Of a stretch of DNA of 64,000 nt, positions 1 to 9,281 are shown in pieces. Under the pieces are notes generated by a model. The model had not been told where the DNA came from and made no database searches. It saw only the letters and a list, made by a program, of their open reading frames with translations. The DNA comes from Leptolyngbyales cyanobacterium (GTDB lineage Bacteria > Cyanobacteriota > Cyanobacteriia > Leptolyngbyales > Leptolyngbyaceae). The DNA is taken from positions 1,983 to 65,982 of the forward strand of contig JBBRMC010000001.1 in NCBI GenBank assembly GCA_038231055.1. The letters are read 5' to 3'. The position numbers and the translations under genes are program-made. Positions within the stretch are counted from its first letter, which is position 1; every line of letters starts with the position of its first letter.

Positions 1-106
1 GTAGTCCTGCCTCTAGCGCGAGACGGACGGGTTTAGAGAGATCTCCGCGAACGATCGCCGCTTTGTGTCGTTCAATTTCTAGAGTTGTGAAAATTGGGTT
101 AGCCAT
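1..106 (-). CDS. 5' part of a DNA phosphorothioation-associated putative methyltransferase (TIGR04096-like), runs off the window
   Basis: Not in the ORF track. ATG at 106 on the minus strand gives MANPIFTTLEIERHKAAIVRGDLSKPVRLALEAGL, matching the 'ERHKAAIVR..LS.PVRLALEAGL' N-terminus I recall for this family. Divergent from the DUF4007 gene. Confidence 0.65.
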   Translation of the reverse strand, partial: MANPIFTTLEIERHKAAIVRGDLSKPVRLALEAGL

Positions 107-215
107 AATGATTGGTTACGAGCGCCTCAAATTCGTTCCATATTCGTCAAGGTCTGGTAATAATAAAACGGTTGTTTTAATACAACGGTCAAAGTCAACG
201 ATGCAGGAAGCCTGA

Positions 216-1175
216 GTGAGACAAGCCATTCTCGATACGTCCAGCCCCAAAAAACACGGAATCAAGGTCAGCCCGGTCTTTGCCCGTCACGAAACCTTTC
301 ATCCTCGCTTCGGCTGGATTAAGAAGGGATTCGACGCTGCCAGTGAAGATCCAGAAATCTTCTTGAGGGACGATGCCCCGGTTCGGTTGGGGGTCGGTAA
401 AAATATGGTTCGCTCCATTCGGTATTGGTGTTCAGCATTTAAAGTACTAGAAGAAATCTCGGAAGCGCAATCTACTCAGTCTGCTGGTCGCGGCTTTTAT
501 CCGACTCCTCTTGGTTCCAAACTGCTAAGTGATGGGGGCTGGGACGCTTTTATAGAAGACTCGGCATCCCTGTGGTGGTTACATTGGAATCTTCTGAAAC
601 CCCCTTCGCAGGCGACGGCTTGGCAATTTTCGTTTAATCACTTTCGCTCCGTTGAATTTTCGGCTGAAGACTTATTTCTATCGTTAGGTGATTATTGCAA
701 AATCTTCTCAGCTTCTATCGCAGACTCTTCTTTGAAAAAAGACGTTAGCTGCATCCTACGGATGTATACAGAACAGGAGCCTAAGCTTGGGGCGAGTGAA
801 GATACATTAGATTGTCCTTTTGCTGAGTTGGGGCTGGTGTATCCAACTGGAGAATCGAAACGGTACGCCTTTCAGGTGGGTTTCAAGCAGAACTTGCCAG
901 CAGAGATCGTGGTGGCAGCTTGTCTGGAGTTTGCTGGGTGGGTCGGTCGAGAACAGCGCACGATCGCTTTATCTCGACTCACATTTGATTGCGACAGTCC
1001 TGGTCTAGTTTTCAAACTGTCGGAAAGTGCAATTAGCGGTGCGATCGCTCAAGTCGCCCAAGCTTGGGACGTGATTGAATTGCGGGATACGGCAGGGTTG
1101 ATCCAGCTTTCTTTTACCCAAGACCCTCATATCCTTGCTGGGCAGATTTTAGACAGATATTACTCCAACCGATAG
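216..1175 (+). CDS. sspB: DUF4007 family protein, SspB-like
   Basis: FARHETF-PRFGW-KKG and LGVGKNMVRSIRYW motifs; directly upstream of an SspC-like ATPase. Confidence 0.8.
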   Translation: MRQAILDTSSPKKHGIKVSPVFARHETFHPRFGWIKKGFDAASEDPEIFLRDDAPVRLGVGKNMVRSIRYWCSAFKVLEEISEAQSTQSAGRGFYPTPLGSKLLSDGGWDAFIEDSASLWWLHWNLLKPPSQATAWQFSFNHFRSVEFSAEDLFLSLGDYCKIFSASIADSSLKKDVSCILRMYTEQEPKLGASEDTLDCPFAELGLVYPTGESKRYAFQVGFKQNLPAEIVVAACLEFAGWVGREQRTIALSRLTFDCDSPGLVFKLSESAISGAIAQVAQAWDVIELRDTAGLIQLSFTQDPHILAGQILDRYYSNR

Positions 1176-1186
1176 CGCGAGGCACC

Positions 1187-4100
1187 ATGACAGCGAAACC
1201 TTTATCCAAATATTTCAGTCTCAATCGGCGCTATGCCCGTTCTATCAACCTGGAGCGAGATCTGGACGAAACGGAAGCGATTCTGGGCTACGTTCCGACA
1301 GAAAGGGCAGTGAACGCGCTCAGGCGAATTCTGATTTCATTTACCCAGACTGGCATGACTCAAGCTTGGACACTCACAGGGGTCTATGGCACTGGGAAGT
1401 CTGCATTTGCTCACTTTCTGGCGGCGCTTTGTGCCTCGAAAGATAGTCCAGGTCACAAACACGCATTGAAGATTGCTCAGGCAGCACTGGGGAGTGACAG
1501 TCTTGAGTATGCTGCACTGATTGCCAAGTTGCCTAAACAGGGGCTATTTCGAGCAGTCGCGTCAGGGCAGAGAGAACCCCTCAATCACACGATTATTCGT
1601 GCTTTGGAGCAAGGAGCAAGCACTTTTTGGAAGCCAGGACGACAACCTGCGATCGCATTAAAACTGACTGACTGGGCGACTGAAATTATTTGTGGTCAAC
1701 CTACGATCGAGAGCCATCAAATTCCAGCAATCATTCAGGAAGTTGCTGAGGCAGCCAAAACCGATGTGTTATTGGTCATTGATGAATTGGGGAAAAATCT
1801 AGAATTTGCTGCTCAACATCAAGCGACTGATGACCTGTATCTGCTCCAGCAGCTTTCTGAGCGATCCAAAAAGCAAAGCTCAAATCTCTATCTGGTGGGG
1901 TTGTTACATCAGTCGTTTGCAGAATATGGTCATCGATTGACTTCCTCCGAGCGGAGTGAGTGGGCAAAGATTCAAGGGCGGTTTGAAGATATTCCTTTTA
2001 CAGAGTCGGCAGCGCAGTTGACCCGCTTGATTGGGGAGGCGATCGATCACAGTCAGTCTGATCCGCTCCGATTCGTCATTCATCAGCAGGCTGAAGCTTG
2101 GAGTAGTGCCCTTCAAAAAGCTGGAGCAGTTCGAGAAATCTCATCAAAAGTGTTGGCATCGGCTTATCCCTTGCATCCAGTGACTGCCATTGTGTTGCCG
2201 ATGCTATGCACTCGCTATGCTCAAAACGATCGCTCTTTGTTTACGTTTCTGACCAGTTCTGAGCCGCACTCATTTCAAACCTTTTTAGCAACGATGACCG
2301 TCCAAGGCGATGTCATTCCTACTTTGAAATTGCACCAGATTTATGACTATTTTGTCGAAGCAGTCGGCACAAACTTGGCATCTCGCCCAAATCTACAGCG
2401 TTGGTCAGAAGTGCATGGATTGATTTCTGATGCCAGCCATCTTGATTCAGATTGCCTTCAGGTACTTAAGACGATCGGGACTCTGAATCTCGTGACTGCA
2501 ACCGGCGCTGTGCGGGCAAGCCGTGAGCTTGTTGTGTTGGCAATGTCTAGTTACGCGAATGACTTAAAAGAGAAGCGACATTGGCAGAAAGTCATTGATG
2601 ATTTGCGATCACGTGGGCTTGTCACCTACCGTCAGCAGTTGAATGAACTGCGAATTTGGGAAGGCTCAGACTTTGATGTTGAGGCAGAAATAGCGGCTCT
2701 GATTGAGAAGGAACGCTTGCCTCTAGCAGAAGTTTTGGGGAAATATGCGCCACTGAAACCTCTTATTGCTCAAAGACACAGTTATCGAACTGGGACATTA
2801 CGATATTTTGAACGCCGCTATTTAAATTCATCTGATGACCTAGACTCTCTCTGCCTTCTTGATCAAAGTGCTGATGGTTTAATTGGCTACTGGATTGATG
2901 AAATTCTCCCCACGCAGGTTCCATCTCAGATCAGCAGTGGACAGCCGCTAGTCATTTTGACAGGAGCCAAGATAGAAAGGCTTCAAGTTAAGGCGCTAGA
3001 GTATGCCGCTCTAAAGAAAATTCAGACAGGTGCGCCAGAACTCTTGACCGATGGAGTGGCAAGACGAGAAGTGCGCTATCGATCGCTGCAAGCCAAGCAA
3101 CTTCTAGATGAGTCTTTGCGGCAGGCGTTTGATATTACCGGTCACACTGTTTGGGTTCAAGGTGAGCCGACGAATTTGACTCATGCGGCGGCTTTGCAGG
3201 CAACTTTATCAACGGTGTGCGATCGCTTTTATGACAAGGGCTGGATTTTGTGGAATGAACTGATTAATCGGCGAGAGTTGACTTCTCAAGGGGCGAAGGC
3301 AAGGCGGGTATTGTTGGAATCGATGTTAGAGAAATCTCATCTGGAAGGGTTGGGATTGCAGGGCAACGGTCCCGAAGTTAGTATGTATGCCTCGCTGCTA
3401 GGAAAATCTGAAATTCATCGACAGGAGGGGGAGGTTTGGGGGTTCTATCCGCCTAAGAAGTTGGAAATTTTGACGGTGTGGAACGCGATCGCGCATTTCT
3501 GCAAAACGGCTGCTAATCAAACTCAGTCTCTCGACCAACTCTATCGGCAGCTAGAAGCGCCACCTTATGGTGTGAAGCGTGGTGCAATTCCGGTGCTGTT
3601 AGCGGCAGTCTTGTTTCATTACGCTGAGGATATTAGCGTCTATAAAGATGGGACTTTTATCCCGCTACTTGGAGCAGAACATTTTGAGCTACTGGTAAAA
3701 GATCCGAGTCGATTTGCGGTGAAATACATCGGCTTTACTGGGCTGCGGGCGCAGGTTTTCCGAGAGTTAGAAAAGAAGCTGCGAGGTGGAAGTTCTAGTT
3801 CAAGCCAGGGAGTCCGCAACGGGACGTTGCTATCTGTGGTGAAGCCGCTATTTCAGTTTGTTAGAAAGCTGCCCACTTACACAACTAGGACAACGACTCA
3901 TTTGAGTCCAGTGGCTCAGGCGGTGGTTCAAGCGATCTTGCAAGCTCAGGAGCCGGATAAGTTGCTGTTTTTCGCGTTGCCCAGAGCCTGTAAGGTTTCT
4001 CCAATTTTGGGAGATGAGGCTGAAAATTCTCAACTCGTCGAGAAGTTTTGCCAGCGCTTGGTGGCGGCGCTTCAAGAAATGAAGACGGCTTATGATCGCC

Positions 4101-4678
4101 TTCTAAAAGATTGCCAAAAATTTCTATATGATTCTTTTGGAGTTAGCGGTGACGAGACAAAGCTCCGAGAAGACTTGCGGGTGCGTTCTCGGCATTTGGT
4201 GGGACAGTGTGTTGATCCGTTACTGAAGCGGTTTACATTCGCCGCCGTTGAGGAGAATGGCGACGATCGCGACTGGGTGGAAGCTCTGGTAATGATCGTG
4301 GCGGATAAGCCTGCGGAATCGTGGGCGGATGACGATTTTTTGCGGTTTGCCTCGAAGGTTCAGGAGCTTGCTCGTAAATTTAAGAATTTGGAGGCATTGC
4401 GGAGCGATATGGTGGCGCGATCGCAACAAGGGTTTGAGGTGCAGCGGGTAACGTTGATGCGACCGGATGGAATCGAGGTGAATCGATTGGTATGGATGGA
4501 TCAGCAGCACAAAGCTGAGGCGGATAAAGCGATCGCAGAGATTCTATCTAGGGCAAATTTTCGGGACAACCCGCAGCTTCAGGAAGTGTTGGCGGCTCGG
4601 TTGGCAGAAACCGTTTTGGGAGAAGATGAGAAGACCGTGAGCAAGCCGAAGCCTGCGAAGCGGCGCAAGATTTCCTGA
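1187..4678 (+). CDS. sspC: SspC/BrxC-like P-loop ATPase
   Basis: Walker A GVYGTGKS, Walker B LVIDELGK, YPLHP, AQNDRSLF and APPYG motifs; follows DUF4007. Confidence 0.8.
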   Translation: MTAKPLSKYFSLNRRYARSINLERDLDETEAILGYVPTERAVNALRRILISFTQTGMTQAWTLTGVYGTGKSAFAHFLAALCASKDSPGHKHALKIAQAALGSDSLEYAALIAKLPKQGLFRAVASGQREPLNHTIIRALEQGASTFWKPGRQPAIALKLTDWATEIICGQPTIESHQIPAIIQEVAEAAKTDVLLVIDELGKNLEFAAQHQATDDLYLLQQLSERSKKQSSNLYLVGLLHQSFAEYGHRLTSSERSEWAKIQGRFEDIPFTESAAQLTRLIGEAIDHSQSDPLRFVIHQQAEAWSSALQKAGAVREISSKVLASAYPLHPVTAIVLPMLCTRYAQNDRSLFTFLTSSEPHSFQTFLATMTVQGDVIPTLKLHQIYDYFVEAVGTNLASRPNLQRWSEVHGLISDASHLDSDCLQVLKTIGTLNLVTATGAVRASRELVVLAMSSYANDLKEKRHWQKVIDDLRSRGLVTYRQQLNELRIWEGSDFDVEAEIAALIEKERLPLAEVLGKYAPLKPLIAQRHSYRTGTLRYFERRYLNSSDDLDSLCLLDQSADGLIGYWIDEILPTQVPSQISSGQPLVILTGAKIERLQVKALEYAALKKIQTGAPELLTDGVARREVRYRSLQAKQLLDESLRQAFDITGHTVWVQGEPTNLTHAAALQATLSTVCDRFYDKGWILWNELINRRELTSQGAKARRVLLESMLEKSHLEGLGLQGNGPEVSMYASLLGKSEIHRQEGEVWGFYPPKKLEILTVWNAIAHFCKTAANQTQSLDQLYRQLEAPPYGVKRGAIPVLLAAVLFHYAEDISVYKDGTFIPLLGAEHFELLVKDPSRFAVKYIGFTGLRAQVFRELEKKLRGGSSSSSQGVRNGTLLSVVKPLFQFVRKLPTYTTRTTTHLSPVAQAVVQAILQAQEPDKLLFFALPRACKVSPILGDEAENSQLVEKFCQRLVAALQEMKTAYDRLLKDCQKFLYDSFGVSGDETKLREDLRVRSRHLVGQCVDPLLKRFTFAAVEENGDDRDWVEALVMIVADKPAESWADDDFLRFASKVQELARKFKNLEALRSDMVARSQQGFEVQRVTLMRPDGIEVNRLVWMDQQHKAEADKAIAEILSRANFRDNPQLQEVLAARLAETVLGEDEKTVSKPKPAKRRKIS

Positions 4679-5625
4679 TGCCGATGACTGAAGAGATTCA
4701 ATCTGACTACGACAGCCCGTGGAAATTGGTTTTGGACACTTACTTTGAAGAGTTTGTGGCGTTTTTCTTTCCGCAAGCGCACGCGCAGATCGATTGGACA
4801 AAGCAGCATGAGTCGCTGGATAAAGAACTGCAACAAGTCGTGCGAGATGCGGCTTTAGGAAAACGCCTGGTCGATAAGCTGATTAAGGTTTGGCTCAAGA
4901 GCGGCGATGAGGCTTGGGTGCTGGTGCATATCGAGGTGCAGAGCCAGGAGGAGTCTAGGTTTTCAGAAAGAATGTTTGTCTACAACTACCGGATCTACGA
5001 TCGTTACAGGCGCAGTGTCGCAAGTCTAGCGGTGTTGGGAGATGAGCGATCAGCTTGGCGACCGAGCCAGTTTGAGTATGAGTTGTTTGATTGTCGGATG
5101 CAGTTTCAGTTTCCGATCGTCAAGCTGGCGGATTATGGGGCGCAGTGGCAGGCGTTGGAGGCAAGCCGAAACCCGTTTGCAACGGTAGTGATGGCTCATC
5201 TCAAGACTCAAGAAACACGCGATAATGGGGAAGAGCGGAAGAGTTGGAAGCTTTCTTTGGTCAAAAGATTATATGAGCAAGGATTGCAACGGCAGGATAT
5301 CCTCGACTTGTTCCAGTTTATTGACTGGATTCTTGCGCTTCCGCAGGATTTAGAGGATGAGTTTTTGCTGGAACTTGCACAGTATGAGGGGGAAAGGCGA
5401 ATGCAATACATTACCAGTATGGAGAGAAAAGGCTTGAAGCAAGGCTTGCTGTCGGGCATTGCCTTGGGCTTGGAATTGAAGTTTGGCAGCGAAGGGCTAA
5501 ATTGCTTGCCAGAAATTTCGCAAATTCAGGATGTGAAAGTTTTGGAAACGGTTTTGGAGCGACTGAAAACTAGCAGTTCTCTAGATGAGTTTCGCCGAGT
5601 TTACCAAGATAGCCTTCCTGCCTAG
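4678..5625 (+). CDS. Rpn-like (transposase_31-related) PD-(D/E)XK protein
   Basis: DYDSPWK, VDKL.KV, HIEVQ and RMFVYNYR motifs; C-terminal tail begins MQYITSMER at 5401. Confidence 0.8.
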   Translation: MPMTEEIQSDYDSPWKLVLDTYFEEFVAFFFPQAHAQIDWTKQHESLDKELQQVVRDAALGKRLVDKLIKVWLKSGDEAWVLVHIEVQSQEESRFSERMFVYNYRIYDRYRRSVASLAVLGDERSAWRPSQFEYELFDCRMQFQFPIVKLADYGAQWQALEASRNPFATVVMAHLKTQETRDNGEERKSWKLSLVKRLYEQGLQRQDILDLFQFIDWILALPQDLEDEFLLELAQYEGERRMQYITSMERKGLKQGLLSGIALGLELKFGSEGLNCLPEISQIQDVKVLETVLERLKTSSSLDEFRRVYQDSLPA

Positions 5626-5642
5626 AACTCAAAGAAAAGCGG

Positions 5643-5879
5643 ATGCAATACATTACCAGTGTGGAGAGAATAGGGATTAGAAAAGGGTTGCAGCAAGGCT
5701 TGCTGTCAGGCATCGCATTGGGTTTGGAGTTGAGGTTTGGCAACGAAGGATTAAACTTCTTACCGGAGATTTCGCAGATTCAGGACGTGCAAGTTTTGGA
5801 AATGGTTTTGGAGGGGCTGAAGACGATTAGTTCTCTAGATGAGCTTCGTCAGGTCTGTCAGGGCAGCCTTTCCACTTAG
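5643..5879 (+). CDS. Stand-alone copy of the Rpn C-terminal tail (RpnS-like small protein)
   Basis: Paralogue of 5401-5625; both start ATGCAATACATTACCAGT and share QGLLSGIALGLEL.FG.EGLN.LPEISQIQDV. Confidence 0.75.
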   Translation: MQYITSVERIGIRKGLQQGLLSGIALGLELRFGNEGLNFLPEISQIQDVQVLEMVLEGLKTISSLDELRQVCQGSLST

Positions 5880-6259
5880 AGAGTTAAGTAAAGTTTCTGA
5901 CTTAGGTCGGTGAAGATTTCGCCCCATTCACTCTGAAGGCTAAAAACTGCTAATAACAGTTATCTGCTGAAACTAGCTTTTGGCAAAGCTTTCAGTGCTT
6001 TCTTGTTAAAAGAAAATAGCGTAAGCATCAATAAATCAGTGGTTAAACTGGAAAATTATTGCAATTTCTTATACTTTGCGGATGTTCGACATTGGGTAAA
6101 TTGTTACAACATAGGTGTGTGACAAAAATTGGATAAGTTTTGCTTCTCTTGGGGAATCAACGCAGTAGAAATACTGAGTCGTAGCTCTAACTGAGAATAG
6201 GCAAAACTCCTGGTATTTGTGTGCGTCAACGAGTCCCCAGTTTGCACTGCTAGATTGGA

Positions 6260-7063
6260 ATGAGAGAGATTACGGAGTTACTTGAGTTTCTGACTCACCA
6301 AATGACGATGGCGGCGATCTATCAGCCTGTCATCATTTTGCATTTGCTGGAGCGGGATGGGTTTTCGAGCAGAACTGAGTTAGCCCGAACCTTAAGCGGC
6401 TATGATGGCTCCGATCTCAGCTTTTGGGACACGATTTTGATGGATGCACCCAAAAGAACTCTTGCAAATACCCATCAGATTATTATTTACGACAAAGCAA
6501 ATCGTACTTTTCTACTTAACTTTGACCTTAAAGATGCAGCATTAGTCGAAAAGTCTAAAGCGATCTGCGAAGAAAAAATTGAGAAATGGATTCAAAAAGA
6601 GGCTGTTAACAAAGGGATTTCAGAAGAGGAAGCATTAAGGCTTTATTGTGTGTTGGAATCAGCAAAAAGAGGTGATCAATACACTTTGCCTGAAGCAGAT
6701 TTTGCAATCGAAGAATTTGCAGTGAGGTCAGCAGTTAGCGAAGTTCATCAACTCTATCCTCGTGAGAAAGTCACTCAACAGCCCTACGATAATTTAGGCT
6801 TTGATATCTTAGTCGGAACCATTGAGAAAGCAATTGCTTACGTAAAAGTAAAAGCGACTCGGAGTTATACGCCTAGTTTCTCTCTTAGCGAAGGAGAGCG
6901 ACGATTTTCTATAGAACACTCTGAGCGCTTTATCTTATCTCTCGTTTATCAAATTAATCTGCAAACAGAAACCTACCAAATTGCTTTTCATCGCGGTGTT
7001 TTAGATCACCAAAAAATCGCTCTAGCTCCAATGCAATGGCGGTGCAAATTTCTTTCTTCCTAA
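6260..7063 (+). CDS. Putative winged-helix + DUF3883 (PD-(D/E)XK) nuclease
   Basis: C-terminal GFDI...YVKVKAT..F.LSEGE motif of DUF3883/NOV_C type; N-terminal IYQPVIILHLL resembles the N-termini of HNH/HIT-fused proteins. Confidence 0.6.
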   Translation: MREITELLEFLTHQMTMAAIYQPVIILHLLERDGFSSRTELARTLSGYDGSDLSFWDTILMDAPKRTLANTHQIIIYDKANRTFLLNFDLKDAALVEKSKAICEEKIEKWIQKEAVNKGISEEEALRLYCVLESAKRGDQYTLPEADFAIEEFAVRSAVSEVHQLYPREKVTQQPYDNLGFDILVGTIEKAIAYVKVKATRSYTPSFSLSEGERRFSIEHSERFILSLVYQINLQTETYQIAFHRGVLDHQKIALAPMQWRCKFLSS

Positions 7064-7124
7064 CTAGAAGATTAGAAACATTTGCTTGAATTATTGAGTC
7101 TTGTTGTGAATGTGAGCTAGAGCG

Positions 7125-7925
7125 ATGAGTGGGAAAAGCGTTAGAAATGTCTTGGGTTTGTCGGGCGGAAAAGATAGCACTGCTCTCGCCATTTTGCTGC
7201 ATGAAGAAGTTCCTGATATGGAATATTTCTTCTGTGATACTGGTAAAGAACTCAAAGAAACCTACGAGTATTTAGACCGAATTAAAGCCCGACTGGGAAT
7301 CAAAATTGAATACCTAAGTTCAGATAGAGGATTTGATCACTGGTTGGATGTTTATGGGGGAGTACTGCCATCGCCCAAGGTGCGTTGGTGTACAAAACAG
7401 ATGAAGATTAAGCCTCTAGAAGAATTCATCGGTGATGCTGAAACTATTAGTTATGTTGGCATTCGAGCAGATGAAAATCGAGATGGATACATTTCTACAA
7501 AGCCTAATATCAAACCTATTTTTCCTTTCAAAGAGCGCGGTTTAGTCAAAGCTGACATTCTTCGTCTATTGGAAGAAAGTGGAATCGGTATACCTAGCTA
7601 TTATCGCTGGCGTAGTCGTTCTGGATGTTTCTTTTGCTTCTTTCAGCGCAAATATGAATGGGTAATGCTTGCTCAAGAACATCCTGATCTATTTGAGGAA
7701 GCAATTCGCTATGAACAGGAACACAAAGATGGACGAAACTACACCTGGACTCAAGGTGAAACATTGCGAGAACTGCTGACCCGCAAAGAACAGATTATTG
7801 AAGACCACGAGAAAGCAATGACAAAACAGCAGCAAACAGCCCCCAATCGTCCCTTATCAGAGGCGTTAGCTGACGTGCTAGACGACGAAGACGACACAAT
7901 GCCCTGTTTAATGTGTCAGTTGTAA
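7125..7925 (+). CDS. sspD: PAPS reductase family protein (SspD/BrxP/DndC-like)
   Basis: PP-loop SGGKDS, RWCT, GIRADE, RSGCFFC and terminal CxxC. Confidence 0.85.
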   Translation: MSGKSVRNVLGLSGGKDSTALAILLHEEVPDMEYFFCDTGKELKETYEYLDRIKARLGIKIEYLSSDRGFDHWLDVYGGVLPSPKVRWCTKQMKIKPLEEFIGDAETISYVGIRADENRDGYISTKPNIKPIFPFKERGLVKADILRLLEESGIGIPSYYRWRSRSGCFFCFFQRKYEWVMLAQEHPDLFEEAIRYEQEHKDGRNYTWTQGETLRELLTRKEQIIEDHEKAMTKQQQTAPNRPLSEALADVLDDEDDTMPCLMCQL

Positions 7926-8004
7926 AAGTTCCTGGGCACTCTGGATGAGGAGAAAGCCTACTCCTATCTGGAAGTGCCATCTACCCGCTCACCAAATAGC
8001 CCCC

Positions 8005-8838
8005 ATGCCTAAGTTACAACTCGGTTTTCACACTAAGCTTGGACTCAAAAAAGAAGACCTTATAAAAATCCTTCGAGCTGCTGCCGAAGAGAAGGGTTTG
8101 AATGACTCTGTAGAGAGCTTGATGGAACGCACTGGTCTAGGCAATAAAAAAGTTGGTTCGATGAGAGGCTGGGCAATGCGCTCAGGGTTAGTTAAAGACA
8201 AATTTCTTACATCAGAAGGTAAAATTATTCTCGCCAAAGATCCTGATCTGGAGTCTCCTATCACTGACTGGCTGATGCACTTCTATCTCAGCCTTGGTGA
8301 AAAAGGGCTGCAAATCCCACCTAGCGTCCCCGCAGACTGGGGCGGCTGGACTTATTTTATTTACACTTTCCTGCCCCAATATCGCACCTTTACCAGCGTA
8401 GATCTCGTTCACACTAGCGCTCTTACTTTCGAGCAAGAAGCCACCAAAAATCTCATCGAAAACTTTAAGTATCTTCTCCACGCTTACACCAAAAACTATG
8501 CCCTAGCTGGCTGTAAACTGCTCACCCAAAACGGCGATCAATTTGTCATCGATCGACCAAACCTCCCCAATATCCATCTCGTCGGCTACTTCCTCGCAAA
8601 ACTCTGGAGCCGCGACTTTAAAGACGCAAAATCTGTTCTGACTGAATCCATCCTGAACCACGAAATGGGACTCGCCCCCGTCTTAGGCATCTCCCCCGCC
8701 GTCGCTCAAGAACAACTCAACACCCTCGAAACCTACGGCATCATCGAGCAGCGTCGCGCCGTCCCTCCTTACCAAACCATTCCTCATTGGGACGACCCTC
8801 TCACCCTCCTGGAGAAAGCCTATGACGCAGATCGCTAG
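8005..8838 (+). CDS. Second, divergent DUF4007/BrxA-like protein
   Basis: TGLGNKKV.SM.GW..RSGL and DP.L....TDWLMHF motifs; start probably ATG 8005 (track start 7945). Confidence 0.7.
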   Translation: MPKLQLGFHTKLGLKKEDLIKILRAAAEEKGLNDSVESLMERTGLGNKKVGSMRGWAMRSGLVKDKFLTSEGKIILAKDPDLESPITDWLMHFYLSLGEKGLQIPPSVPADWGGWTYFIYTFLPQYRTFTSVDLVHTSALTFEQEATKNLIENFKYLLHAYTKNYALAGCKLLTQNGDQFVIDRPNLPNIHLVGYFLAKLWSRDFKDAKSVLTESILNHEMGLAPVLGISPAVAQEQLNTLETYGIIEQRRAVPPYQTIPHWDDPLTLLEKAYDADR

Positions 8839-9274
8839 CCTTCTCCTTCGCAACGCCCGACCCGACGATCGCGCCCACCTACTCCTGTGGGACACGCCAA
8901 ACCCGATCGAACTCGGTCAGATCACCCGCTACAACGGTGCTCAACTCATCAGCTACCGCGAAAACCTCCTTCAACGAACCAAACCAGATACCAAATTTCT
9001 CACCCTCCACTATCAAATCGACGAAGAGCTAGAAGCCATCAAAGCCATCTGCAACCAATCCGTCAAACCTGTCGTATTACTAGAAGGCTTAGATTGCCTA
9101 ATCACCTACCTAAACACCCAACCCGGCGACCACATCACCCTGTTCTGGAACAGTTTAGAAAACACCCGTAAGCTAGAACGCCTCTTGTGGATACTTCTGC
9201 CTCACAAAATCGCGCCCAAAACCTGGTCTGAAGACCGTCTCAAACGCATCTCATCCACCGTCCAAACCCACTAA
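8822..9274 (+). CDS. Small BrxB-like (degenerate P-loop fold) protein
   Basis: 150 aa; VVLLEGLD resembles a Walker B remnant; lies between DUF4007 and the BrxC-like ATPase. Confidence 0.45.
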   Translation: MTQIASLLLRNARPDDRAHLLLWDTPNPIELGQITRYNGAQLISYRENLLQRTKPDTKFLTLHYQIDEELEAIKAICNQSVKPVVLLEGLDCLITYLNTQPGDHITLFWNSLENTRKLERLLWILLPHKIAPKTWSEDRLKRISSTVQTH

Positions 9275-9281
9275 CGATCTT

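Noticed and set aside
5967-5995. Hairpin AGCTTT-TGGC-AAAGCT as an intrinsic terminator
   Set aside because: Weak AT-rich stem with no clear U tract
6090-6125. Possible NtcA box (GTAAATTGTTAC)
   Set aside because: Spacing is GTA-N6-TAC rather than GTA-N8-TAC
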